Positions 1 through 7,930 of a stretch of DNA of 21,061 nt are shown here, piece after piece. The stretch is from Candidatus Hadarchaeota archaeon (GTDB lineage: Archaea; CAYQAE01; CAYVLA01): assembly GCA_964452145.1 (NCBI GenBank), contig CAYVLA010000054.1, positions 1-21,061 of the forward strand, in the 5' to 3' direction. Made by a program: the position numbers and the translations under genes. A model generated the notes under the pieces. The model ran no database searches, was not told the DNA's origin, and worked only from the letters and a program-made list of their open reading frames with translations. Numbering within the stretch: position 1 is the first letter of the stretch; every line of letters starts with the position of its first letter.

Positions 1-581
1 AAACTGAAGCATCCGGCATCGCCCAGGGTGCCCACCTTCTTGCCTTCGTACAGAGCCCCATGCGCTTCGGCGCAGTCTTCCACCACGAACAGGTGATGTC
101 TATCGGCAATCTCCATGATCTTCCCCATCTCACAAACGTTGCCGTATAGGTGAACCGGGATGATTGCCCGGGTGCGTTCTGACAGCTTCCGCTCCACATC
201 CTGAGGATCGATGCAGTGGTCTTCCCTTCTCACATCGGCGAAGACGGGCACAGCGCCGGCCTGGACCACGCAGAAGGAGGTGGCGATGAACGTGTAGGAG
301 GGGACTATGACTTCATCACCCGGGCCAATCTCCATGGCCGCGAGGGCGGTATGCAATGCGCTGGTACCGTTTGTCGTCGTGATGGCGTACTTGGAACCAT
401 TCCAGTCCGCAAGCTTCCTTTCGAATTCCATCCCGAGGCTGCCCGTCCAGTAGTTCACCTTGCCCGTCCTGAGGGGCATCACGGCGGCCTGTATGGTCTC
501 TTCCGTGAACCGGGGCCATGGGGGAAGGGGCTGTTCCACGGTGGGCTCGCCGCCTTCTATGGCTAGCTTGTCGGAATGCAC
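1..581 (-). CDS. DegT/DnrJ/EryC1/StrS family PLP-dependent aminotransferase, partial (3' end runs off the window start)
   Basis: Not in the ORF track; translated by hand as MHSDKLAIEGGEP...NGTSALHTALAAMEIGPGDEVIVPSYTFIAT...IIPVHLYGNVCEM...VVEDCAEAHGA...GDAGCFS. GTG start at 581 (or 584), preceded by a GGTGAT Shine-Dalgarno-like motif. Confidence 0.93.
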   Translation of the reverse strand, partial: MHSDKLAIEGGEPTVEQPLPPWPRFTEETIQAAVMPLRTGKVNYWTGSLGMEFERKLADWNGSKYAITTTNGTSALHTALAAMEIGPGDEVIVPSYTFIATSFCVVQAGAVPVFADVRREDHCIDPQDVERKLSERTRAIIPVHLYGNVCEMGKIMEIADRHHLFVVEDCAEAHGALYEGKKVGTLGDAGCFS

Positions 582-614
582 CACGATCACCGAGGGCTGA
601 GACCGGCCATCTGC

Positions 615-622
615 TATTAAAG
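615..622 (-). promoter_or_regulatory. TATA-box candidate for the DegT-family gene
   Basis: Minus-strand CTTTAATA about 30 nt upstream of the GTG start. Confidence 0.55.
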
Positions 623-735
623 CATTCTAGGCCTCAACCTCAACGATCGGCCGCCATAAAGGGAGACTTCGTATGCATGCCGGCAAGGGCCGGGTGCGCA
701 GAGCTGGCGGTCGCGGCAAATTAAGTGATCCGGGC

Positions 736-1296
736 CTACTTCCGGCCGATCTTCCTAATGAGCCTATCGGTGGTGGTGATCTCGGCCTTGTACGCCATCT
801 TCAGGTACTCGAGGCCGCTCACATGGTAATCCTCGGTGAAGGCCTCAACCCCGTCCTCCGGGATGACTATCTTCAGCCCGCGAAAGAACGCGTCGGCCGA
901 GGTATGCCGTATGCAGATGTTTGTGTGCAACCCGGTCAGGATCACCGTCCTCACTCCGAGTTCCCTGAGAAGCATCTCCAGATCGGTCTGGTAGAAGGCG
1001 CTGTACGTTCTCTTCGGTATGACGAAGTCGCCCTGCTGGGGCTTAAGCTCGTCTATGACCTGAGCTCCTTCGCTTCCGGCAATGGCATGTTCACCCCACA
1101 CGCTGAACTCGTGGTCGATCCCGGGTAAGTGGGCGTCATTTGAGTAGATGACGGGAATCCCGGAATTCCTTGCTGCTTTTGCCAGCTTCTGGATGTTGGG
1201 AACGATCCTGGAGGCACGGTCGCACTTCAGGGATCCCCACACGAAGTCCTTCTCCATATCCACGATGATCAGGGCCATCGTCGGCTTCTTGGCCAT
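736..1296 (-). CDS. Isochorismatase-family cysteine hydrolase (nicotinamidase-like)
   Basis: ALIIVDMEKDF (catalytic Asp), IPKRTYSAFY (Lys) and GLHTNICIRHT (Cys) triad; DAH...WGEHAI metal-binding segment. Confidence 0.92.
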   Translation of the reverse strand: MAKKPTMALIIVDMEKDFVWGSLKCDRASRIVPNIQKLAKAARNSGIPVIYSNDAHLPGIDHEFSVWGEHAIAGSEGAQVIDELKPQQGDFVIPKRTYSAFYQTDLEMLLRELGVRTVILTGLHTNICIRHTSADAFFRGLKIVIPEDGVEAFTEDYHVSGLEYLKMAYKAEITTTDRLIRKIGRK

Positions 1297-1518
1297 AGTG
1301 AATCCTCATGACGGCGATAGGGGCATACACTGATAATCCTTTTCCACGCGATCATTGATTGCCACGAGGCGTTGTGCGACAGAGGACCTTGTCGAACCCA
1401 GCCAATGCCCAGGCATCCCGTGACAGAGCGTAATGCGACCAGCTTCGCCAACCGAAGGGCCTAACACTCCCCTTCTCCCTCGTACTTCGTTCCTCGGACG
1501 CTGGATGTGGGATGTAAA

Positions 1519-1527
1519 CGTTTAAGA
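1519..1527 (+). promoter_or_regulatory. TATA-box candidate for the ferredoxin gene
   Basis: CGTTTAAGA preceded by an A-rich BRE-like stretch; strong SD GGAGGTGA just upstream of the TTG start at 1566. Confidence 0.6.
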
Positions 1528-1565
1528 AGTCCCCGATCATGCGTGGCCCAAGGAGGTGACCCTCT

Positions 1566-1754
1566 TTGAAGGTTGCGGTGGACGCCGAACTCTGCACTGG
1601 GTGCGAGTTGTGCACCGAGACATGTCCCGAGGTCTTCGAGATGAAGGGAGACGTAAGCGTGGCAAAGGTCAAGGTTGTGCCTGAAGACTCGGAGGACTGC
1701 GCAAGGCAGGCCGCGGAGGAGTGCCCGGTGGAGGCCATCACGATAGAGGAGTAG
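1566..1754 (+). CDS. fdx: Small monocluster [4Fe-4S] ferredoxin
   Basis: CTGCELC...CPEVF...C...EECPVEAI pattern, acidic, 62 aa, GGAGGTGA SD. Confidence 0.95.
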   Translation: MKVAVDAELCTGCELCTETCPEVFEMKGDVSVAKVKVVPEDSEDCARQAAEECPVEAITIEE

Positions 1755-1798
1755 ATCGCCGGGCACTCGTCTAGCATCTTAGAACGTGAATCCTTGTC

Positions 1799-1871
1799 GG
1801 TAGGTTGCGCGGGTTGATGCTAAAGCCGGGCTTGGCGGCGACGGGGCGGCGCACCCTACCACCTAGTTTTT
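1799..1871 (+). terminator. Long imperfect hairpin followed by a T5 tract (possible terminator or structured element)
   Basis: GGTAGGTTGCGC (1799-1810) pairs with GCGCACCCTACC (1849-1860); inner G:U-rich stem at 1813-1842; TTTTT at 1867-1871. Confidence 0.4.
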
Positions 1872-3045
1872 GGCATGGGAGTGTATCGAACGCTGGGGTC
1901 ATGACGTGAGGGAGTTCGTGCGTGATCTGCTGGCGAGGCGTGAGTCCCAGGAAAGTCTTTGCTCACGGGAGAGGGTCGAGGTGGCGCTCTCCCACAAGGA
2001 ACCAGATCGTGTACCGATCGATTTCTGGGCAACCGAGGAGGCCAGATCGCGGCTCCTCGTCGACTTGGACCTCCGAAGTGAGGACGAGCTTCTGGATCTG
2101 TTTGGAGTCGACCTGGGGGTGATACGAGGTCCGAGCCTGGTTGGGTTGGAGCTGGAGCGATTCGCTGACGGAAGCTTCAGAGATCTCTGGGGCGTAGTCC
2201 GCAAGCCCGTGTCCTTCGGGACGGGCTCCTTCCGTGGGAGTTACAGCGAGGTGACTGTCTCGCCCTTGAAGGGGATTACCAGGGTCGATGAAGTCGAGGC
2301 ATACGATGGCTGGCCGTCCGCGGATTGGTGGGACTATTCAGACGTCGCGGAGGATTGCAGGCGACATGGTGGCAAGTGCGTAGTTTTCGCGGGGGACAGG
2401 CTTGATCGAACCGCTCAGCTCAAGACCGCGATGTACCTGAGGGGCATGAAGGATACTCTTCGGGATCTCCATGCCAACCCGGAGATCGCTAGGTGCATTT
2501 TCCGGCATATTGTCGACTACTTCCTCGACTACAATGAAAGGGTGTTCGAGGCGGCGGATGGGTTGATCGACATCTTCATGATGGGCGACGACTTCGGAAC
2601 CCAGAGCGGACCCATGATGCCCAACCGTATCTGGACGGAGTACCTCGAAGACGGCTTCAAGGCCTTCATACGCCTCGCCCACAGATACGGGGCCAGGGTG
2701 ATGCACCATACCTGCGGCTCCGTCAGATCCCTGATACCCATCTTCATCCAGGACGGCCTAGACATCTTGCAGTCCCTCCAGCCGCGGGCGGCAGGCATGG
2801 AACTGGGTTCCCTGAAGCGGGATTTCGGGGACCGGCTGTCCCTCCATGGATCGGTTGACATCCAGCATACCATGCCGAGGGGCACACCCGAGCAGGTCAG
2901 AGAAGAGGTCAGAAACCGAATGGCCAACGGCAAGCCGGGAGGGGGCTTCATCATCTGCACTGCTCACAATGTTCAGGTAGATGCTCCGACCGCCAACGTG
3001 TTGGCCCTGATCAAGGCATATCACGAATTCGGCGGCTATGGATGA
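1870..3045 (+). CDS. Uroporphyrinogen decarboxylase family protein (MtaA/CmuA-like methyltransferase fold)
   Basis: SRERV..ALSHKEPDRVP N-terminus, MGDDFGTQ, HHTCG Zn motif, GSVDIQ...GTPEQVREEV...GGGFII. The true start may be downstream (e.g. GTG at 1906). Confidence 0.9.
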   Translation: MAWECIERWGHDVREFVRDLLARRESQESLCSRERVEVALSHKEPDRVPIDFWATEEARSRLLVDLDLRSEDELLDLFGVDLGVIRGPSLVGLELERFADGSFRDLWGVVRKPVSFGTGSFRGSYSEVTVSPLKGITRVDEVEAYDGWPSADWWDYSDVAEDCRRHGGKCVVFAGDRLDRTAQLKTAMYLRGMKDTLRDLHANPEIARCIFRHIVDYFLDYNERVFEAADGLIDIFMMGDDFGTQSGPMMPNRIWTEYLEDGFKAFIRLAHRYGARVMHHTCGSVRSLIPIFIQDGLDILQSLQPRAAGMELGSLKRDFGDRLSLHGSVDIQHTMPRGTPEQVREEVRNRMANGKPGGGFIICTAHNVQVDAPTANVLALIKAYHEFGGYG

Positions 3046-3761
3046 TTGACAATCGAGGGCCCGTAGGGCACAAGATTTATGTCATTGTGACTCGGGAAGG
3101 ATCGGTGGGACGCTTGGAAGCCTCTTTGTCTCAGCTCAAGTTGCCTGACCACGTGATTACGAGGCAGGACGAAATGGCGACTGTTCTGGAGCGAGGTTCG
3201 GGGCGGAAGACCTATCTGTCGCTGCCGGCCAGGCCGCGCGTCAGGAGGATCAACACACCTGCTCGATACGTGGCGGCCCTGGCTTCTGGGGTTCTGGCGT
3301 GCTATTTCTCATACATGTTGATGCCGTGGATATTCGGTGCGGTCTGGGAGGTTCTGGCCCTCCCTCTTGTCATGGGTTTGCCCTTTCTCCTGAACAGGGT
3401 CGTGGGGGGCAAGGTTGCGTTGGCGACCTACCTCGCATCTTTCATGGCGATTGGCGCGATGCTCGGAGCCCTGAGCCCGGGGGAGATCAGTCTCGGCCTT
3501 GTCTTCTACGGAGGGGGCTCCGAGTGGACCTCGAAGTATGCCCTGGTCCCTGCCTCGTATCTGCTGGCATCGCTGTTGTTTGGTGCCCTTCCCTTCGTGA
3601 GCTTCATGATGGTGAGCCAGGTCTCCTTGATCTTTGAGGTGGTGCTGCCGACGGCCTCCGGGGATCTTGTCATGAAGATCCGCCACCCGAGCATGGTCGG
3701 GGAGTTACTCTCCTTTCTCGGGCATCTGGAGAAGGATGGTTCTCGTGACTCTTCCTCATAA
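3042..3761 (+). CDS. Hypothetical integral membrane protein (about 4-5 TM helices)
   Basis: ATGA overlap with the upstream gene; long hydrophobic central region flanked by soluble N- and C-terminal segments. Confidence 0.75.
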   Translation: MIDNRGPVGHKIYVIVTREGSVGRLEASLSQLKLPDHVITRQDEMATVLERGSGRKTYLSLPARPRVRRINTPARYVAALASGVLACYFSYMLMPWIFGAVWEVLALPLVMGLPFLLNRVVGGKVALATYLASFMAIGAMLGALSPGEISLGLVFYGGGSEWTSKYALVPASYLLASLLFGALPFVSFMMVSQVSLIFEVVLPTASGDLVMKIRHPSMVGELLSFLGHLEKDGSRDSSS

Positions 3762-4437
3762 CGTCCGGGACGATCCGGACTTAAGGAATCGAACTGGCGT
3801 CTTCGCGGACAGATGCGATGCCGGCCGCCTTCTCGGCAGGAGAATCGGGGAAGACACGGAGCCGGATTCGGTGCTCCTGGCCATACCCTCGGGGGGGATT
3901 CCAGTGGGCATCGAATTGTCGAAGATGCTGTGCCTTTCCATGTGCCTCATGCCGGTCAGGAAGTTGGTCATCCCGGGTAATCCGGAGGCCGGCTTCGGCG
4001 CGGTTTCATGGGACGGAGATGCAGTCCTCAACAACCCTCTGGTGCGCGCGATCGGCCTGAGCGGGGACGACGTCGAGAAGTCCATAGAAACGGCCCGAAG
4101 CCTGATCGATGAAAGGATGAGGAAGTTCGACCGGGCGAGAAGTCTTCCGTCCTTGTCGGGTCGGGCTGCAATCCTAGTTGATGATGGGTTGGCCTCCGGA
4201 TACACGATGCTTGCCGGGGTCAGGTCTGCCCGCAAGAGGGGGGCGGATCGGGTGGCCGTTGCCGTCCCGACAGGTTCGCTGACAGCTGTGAGGAAGGTTG
4301 CCTCCGAGGTTGATCGTGTTTACTGCCTGAACATAAGGGAGGGACCGATTTATGCGGTTGCCGATGCCTATCGCAGATGGCACGATATATGCGATGAGGA
4401 GGCGGCGCGGATGCTCGACGCTCGATCCGTCCTCTGA
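3736..4437 (+). CDS. Type I phosphoribosyltransferase (COG1926-like)
   Basis: F.DR.DAG..L, LAIPSGGIPVG, RKL..PGNPEAGFGAV and the PRPP-binding motif ILVDDGLASGYT; overlaps the upstream gene. Confidence 0.92.
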   Translation: MVLVTLPHNVRDDPDLRNRTGVFADRCDAGRLLGRRIGEDTEPDSVLLAIPSGGIPVGIELSKMLCLSMCLMPVRKLVIPGNPEAGFGAVSWDGDAVLNNPLVRAIGLSGDDVEKSIETARSLIDERMRKFDRARSLPSLSGRAAILVDDGLASGYTMLAGVRSARKRGADRVAVAVPTGSLTAVRKVASEVDRVYCLNIREGPIYAVADAYRRWHDICDEEAARMLDARSVL

Positions 4438-4598
4438 CCATGCATGTTTCGGTGAGCGTCCCGACGAATGGTGACATGAGTTGATTAGGGGAGCCGAGCC
4501 GCATATCCAAGATGTGCCGGTCTGATCAGGACCCCGGTACGGTTAGGACCCCATATGCTGATCCAGCCAGCCATGGGCACCAGACGAGACGAGCTATG

Positions 4599-4611
4599 CA
4601 ACATTTAAGAG
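4599..4611 (+). promoter_or_regulatory. BRE/TATA candidate for tatA
   Basis: CAACATTTAAGAG about 30 nt upstream of the start; an identical 13-mer precedes potB. Confidence 0.6.
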
Positions 4612-4641
4612 AGTCCGGCGGGGACGAGGCCATGATCCGGC

Positions 4642-4920
4642 TTGATGCTCGGTCCTCTGGGTGCTGGCGAGATACTGCTCATCGTTTTGATCCTCATACT
4701 ACTGTTCGGCGCTAAGAGAATACCGGATCTGATGCGCTCCCTGGGGGAGGGAATGCGGGAGTTCAAGAAGGCGTCGAGAGGTCTCACCGAGGAGAGCGCC
4801 CCGAAGGAAAAGACCGAATCGGAGAGGCTGAGAGAGGCCGCAGCGGCCCTGGGAATCCCTACCGAAGGGAAGACGGACGAAGAGATCAGGAAGGAAGTGT
4901 CGGCAAGGGTCGCCGGGTAG
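4642..4920 (+). CDS. tatA: Twin-arginine translocase subunit TatA/E
   Basis: GAGEILLIVLILILLFGAKRIPDLMRSLGEGMREFKKA; start is TTG 4642 or ATG 4645. Confidence 0.95.
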   Translation: MMLGPLGAGEILLIVLILILLFGAKRIPDLMRSLGEGMREFKKASRGLTEESAPKEKTESERLREAAAALGIPTEGKTDEEIRKEVSARVAG

Positions 4921-4927
4921 GCTGTCA

Positions 4928-4937
4928 CATTTAAATC
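4928..4937 (+). promoter_or_regulatory. TATA-box candidate for the Lrp-domain/PRTase genes (probably a leaderless transcript)
   Basis: CATTTAAAT about 25 nt upstream of ATG 4961; no SD visible. Confidence 0.55.
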
Positions 4938-4960
4938 GAGGCCCCCTCCTTCCGCCTTCG

Positions 4961-5191
4961 ATGGTCACCGCCTTCGTGATGATCGTGTCGACGCCCGGGA
5001 AGGAGAAGGAACTGGCGCAGGGGCTTCGAACGCTCTCAGAGGTGAAGGAGGTCTGGGAGGTCTACGGTGAGTACGATCTCGTCGTCAGCATCGAGGTCGA
5101 GTCCCTGCAGGTCCTCGACCACTTCGTTCGGGACAGGATAAGGAGGATGCCGTCCGTCCGACTGACGACGACGATGATCGGCGTGGACTGA
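4961..5191 (+). CDS. Stand-alone Lrp/AsnC ligand-binding (RAM) domain protein, no HTH
   Basis: 76 aa; TAFVMI...VKEVWEVYGEYDLVV.IE...IRRMPSVRLTTTMI. Confidence 0.92.
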   Translation: MVTAFVMIVSTPGKEKELAQGLRTLSEVKEVWEVYGEYDLVVSIEVESLQVLDHFVRDRIRRMPSVRLTTTMIGVD

Positions 5192-5206
5192 GGACGGGGT
5201 TCCTCC

Positions 5207-5833
5207 TTGGAGTACCTGTTCATAACCTGGGAGCAACTGGAGACCCTTCTCGCCAAGCTTGCCTTGGCTGTCAGCAGGAGCGGCTTCAGACCGGATACCA
5301 TCGTAGGAGTCTCAAGGGGTGGCCTTGTCCCGACTAGGCTTATGTCGGATTTCCTCAACGTCAAGGACGTCATCGTCCTCGGCGTTGCGTTCTATGAGGA
5401 TCTGGGGAGGACCTCGACCGAACCGAGGATAACCCATCCTCTTACCCGTGACATCAAGGGCAAGAAGGTGCTCTTGCTGGATGATGTCTCGGATACTGGC
5501 GGCAGCCTTGAGCTGGCGAAGCGGCACGTCCTGTCTCTTGGACCGTCTGAGCTTCGGGTCTGTACCCTTCATCGGAAGCCTTGGTCGACCTTCACCCCAG
5601 ATGAGTTCATCGATGAGACGGACAGATGGATAATCTACCCCTGGGAGAAAGTGGAGGCGGGCGACCATATCATCCGTAAGATCGACGGAAAGGGGAGCCG
5701 CAGAGCCGCGCTTATCAATGCCGGGTTCTCCGAGGAAGACATCCAACTGCTCGGGCGTCTGTCCGTCCTAGGATCAGAGCCGGATCCATTTCGTGGTGAG
5801 GATGGCGGCTCCGACGGCGGCGATGGCCACTAG
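5207..5833 (+). CDS. Purine (hypoxanthine/xanthine-guanine-like) phosphoribosyltransferase
   Basis: ITWEQLE, PDTIVGVSRGGLVP, VLLLDDVSDTGGSL, PDEF...WIIYPWE. Confidence 0.9.
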   Translation: MEYLFITWEQLETLLAKLALAVSRSGFRPDTIVGVSRGGLVPTRLMSDFLNVKDVIVLGVAFYEDLGRTSTEPRITHPLTRDIKGKKVLLLDDVSDTGGSLELAKRHVLSLGPSELRVCTLHRKPWSTFTPDEFIDETDRWIIYPWEKVEAGDHIIRKIDGKGSRRAALINAGFSEEDIQLLGRLSVLGSEPDPFRGEDGGSDGGDGH

Positions 5834-6376
5834 GAGGGCTACGGGTGGTACGCGGAACAGTGTGAGCCCATACGCGAGGAGCAGGCATCTGGGAACCTTA
5901 CCGATCAGGGCCCCAACGAAGAACTTGCCGGGATTGTATCGTAGGTACCCCAGGACCAGGCCCAGCAGGTCCATCGGAAGCGGGCTGAATGCGAAGATTG
6001 GGATGGCCCAGAACCCGAATCTAGCGGTCCAGTCGCCCGGATCGGTGTTGCGCTTGATCCATCTACCCGTGGAGAAGTAGACCGTGTGTGCGGGAAGGCC
6101 CCTTCTTCTTTTCGACATGAACCTGTCAAGGGAGATCATGTTCTTCGAGAGCCTTCCCACGCCGTAGGCCGTGAGTTCACCTATCGCCGTGGCCAGGCCT
6201 GCAGCTAGTCCAACTCCGATCGCATCGAGGCCGGCACTAACCGCCAAGGGTATGTAGACAAAATCTGCCACGGGGAAGAAGAAAATGGACGAACCTGATA
6301 TCAGCGAAACCAGAAAGACGCCGGGGATTCCCGCGTTCTGGATCAATGCATGTGACCATCCAATTATATCGAACAC
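5774..6376 (-). CDS. VTT/DedA (SNARE-associated) domain membrane protein
   Basis: GLATAIGELTAYGVGR, FAFSPLPMDLLGLVLG.LRY...FFVGALIGKVPR. GTG 6376 is preferred over TTG 6394 because the TATA box at 6406-6413 is too close to 6394. Confidence 0.88.
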   Translation of the reverse strand: MFDIIGWSHALIQNAGIPGVFLVSLISGSSIFFFPVADFVYIPLAVSAGLDAIGVGLAAGLATAIGELTAYGVGRLSKNMISLDRFMSKRRRGLPAHTVYFSTGRWIKRNTDPGDWTARFGFWAIPIFAFSPLPMDLLGLVLGYLRYNPGKFFVGALIGKVPRCLLLAYGLTLFRVPPVALLVAIAAVGAAILTTKWIRL

Positions 6377-6405
6377 GGACCGCCCCTGCCTCAACTTGGA
6401 GCTAG

Positions 6406-6421
6406 CTTATATCGCTTTCCG
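6406..6421 (-). promoter_or_regulatory. BRE/TATA candidate for the VTT gene
   Basis: Minus strand GGAAAGC-GATATAAG. Confidence 0.6.
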
Positions 6422-6521
6422 GGTAGCAGGTAGCAGCCGAGAAATGATTCTCGGATAATGCAAGCTGACAGCTAACGGGCAGCTCACATCCGACAGCCAG
6501 CAGCGATTGCTTTGAGCAATC

Positions 6522-7658
6522 TCAGGTTCTTTGCTTCTTCTTCGACTTGTCAACGGCCTTGCGGCTCGCCACCCGCCCGGCTGATGGTCGGTGGCGGAGG
6601 ATCCATGCGACAAAAGGCGCCAAGACGAGACCCGCCAGCACCATCCACCACGGAGAGGAATAACCGCCCATCGCTCTGCCCGCGTGCTTCCAGTGATCGC
6701 CGCTCATGGTGCCGTATCTGAACAGGATTACGCCTTTGGCCCCTGCGTTACGCGCGGACCTGACCGCCTTGTATGTTTGGAGAGGGGAGATGTCGAAAGC
6801 CTGAATCCCGGACCAGACCTCCGCTACCCCGAGCGCTCTTAGAGCCCTCACGCTATCCCCCACCCAGCTCGGTGCCTGACCTGCGGCTATGTGGTAGGTG
6901 TTGGGGACGAGGAAGTCGGACAGCTCCCGGAAACGCAGGATATCTTGGCCCGTCGCGAACCTCTCAGATTCCTCTACCATTCGGATGAACACGGAGAGTC
7001 TGATCGATTCCCTCTGCGTTTTGAGCCTGATGGCCCTCAGGGTCTCGATCATCCTCTGATTTCTCCACTCTAGGAACTCGCCCAAGAGCGCGGCATCTAC
7101 GGTCAGGTTGGATCGTGTGACGTTGCGCCCCAGGGCAATGGAGAATCTTCGTAAGGTCTCATTGTCGAATGGTCCGATCGGAGCATAGAAGTAGTCCAGG
7201 AACAGGCCGCTCGGATGAAGCTCATCGATCATGATGCCTATCCATTCCAGAAGCCTGGCCCGATAGGTCGCACTGCATGGGTTGACCCAGCCTGTCTCCA
7301 CCAATCCGTCGGCAGCCGTGAACTGCTCGGAAGTGTTCGTCTCAAGGTAATCCTGGTTCCGGTAGACCGTCAGCCACAGATGCACCTCCACCTTCGAGGG
7401 GAGCACGGACAGGAGGTCCTTGATCTCCTCGATCCCGCCTGTGGTGAGAGGGAGGGGAGTGAGGATGAACAGGGCGTCAACTCGATGGCTGGATATCTCG
7501 GTGGCCACTTCGGATGTGCCCCGATGCCTGATCGTCTCGGGTCTGAGCCAGATGCCAAGCATGGTCCGCGCATTGCCTTCCGCTGCAAAAGCCAGGAAGG
7601 CGTAGAGACACATGAGTACCGCGAGAGTCCTAGGCAACCTCGAAGGTCTTCTCGTCAA
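6522..7658 (-). CDS. Secreted, C-terminally anchored glycoside hydrolase-like TIM-barrel protein (GHL10/DUF187-like)
   Basis: Signal peptide; VEVHLWL, WVNPCS..YR, SGLFLDYFY, EWRN, DFLVPNTY, GAKGVILFRY; C-terminal TM helix plus basic tail. Start uncertain. Confidence 0.75.
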   Translation of the reverse strand: MTRRPSRLPRTLAVLMCLYAFLAFAAEGNARTMLGIWLRPETIRHRGTSEVATEISSHRVDALFILTPLPLTTGGIEEIKDLLSVLPSKVEVHLWLTVYRNQDYLETNTSEQFTAADGLVETGWVNPCSATYRARLLEWIGIMIDELHPSGLFLDYFYAPIGPFDNETLRRFSIALGRNVTRSNLTVDAALLGEFLEWRNQRMIETLRAIRLKTQRESIRLSVFIRMVEESERFATGQDILRFRELSDFLVPNTYHIAAGQAPSWVGDSVRALRALGVAEVWSGIQAFDISPLQTYKAVRSARNAGAKGVILFRYGTMSGDHWKHAGRAMGGYSSPWWMVLAGLVLAPFVAWILRHRPSAGRVASRKAVDKSKKKQRT

Positions 7659-7908
7659 ACCCGATCGGCTTTGACGGATGGCCCTTCGTCGTGACGATAG
7701 GTCTGTGCTTTCTGTCGAATCTGAGGGTAACCTGCTCGCCGTAGTAGTACCTCCTCTTCCCCATCGTCGCCTCCGAATCCACCCTTGCGCCCCTGTCTGT
7801 CAGAACCAGCTGAAAAAAGCGTCTTCCGTCCAATGTGAACCTGAATCCCCTGTCGATCGCGGTCGAAACCAGATCGATGCCCGGAGGATACTGGACGTAG
7901 ATCTTCAC
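7630..7908 (-). CDS. Small hypothetical protein, beta-rich and basic
   Basis: 92 aa with protein-like composition; GTG start 23 nt after the TATA box at 7931-7938; overlaps the hydrolase gene. Confidence 0.6.
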   Translation of the reverse strand: MKIYVQYPPGIDLVSTAIDRGFRFTLDGRRFFQLVLTDRGARVDSEATMGKRRYYYGEQVTLRFDRKHRPIVTTKGHPSKPIGFDEKTFEVA

Positions 7909-7930
7909 ATGGCGAGTTCATCGCCTGGGT

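Noticed and set aside
216..566. 116-aa plus-strand ORF and other short ORFs overlapping well-supported genes
   Set aside because: Antisense or out-of-frame shadows of recognisable genes (here the DegT-family aminotransferase), as expected at high GC.
1269..1451. 60-aa minus-strand ORF in the intergenic gap
   Set aside because: Crosses the likely promoter and the start of the cysteine hydrolase gene; no motif.
1790..1860. H/ACA RNA on the minus strand (ACA follows the stem), or a group II intron domain V/VI remnant
   Set aside because: The inner stem pairs well only on the plus strand, and no kink-turn or catalytic domain V hairpin is recognisable.
7655..7921. Alternative 88-aa minus-strand ORF whose stop overlaps the hydrolase TTG
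   Set aside because: Its ATG is only about 10 nt from the TATA box, and its composition is less protein-like than the 92-aa frame.
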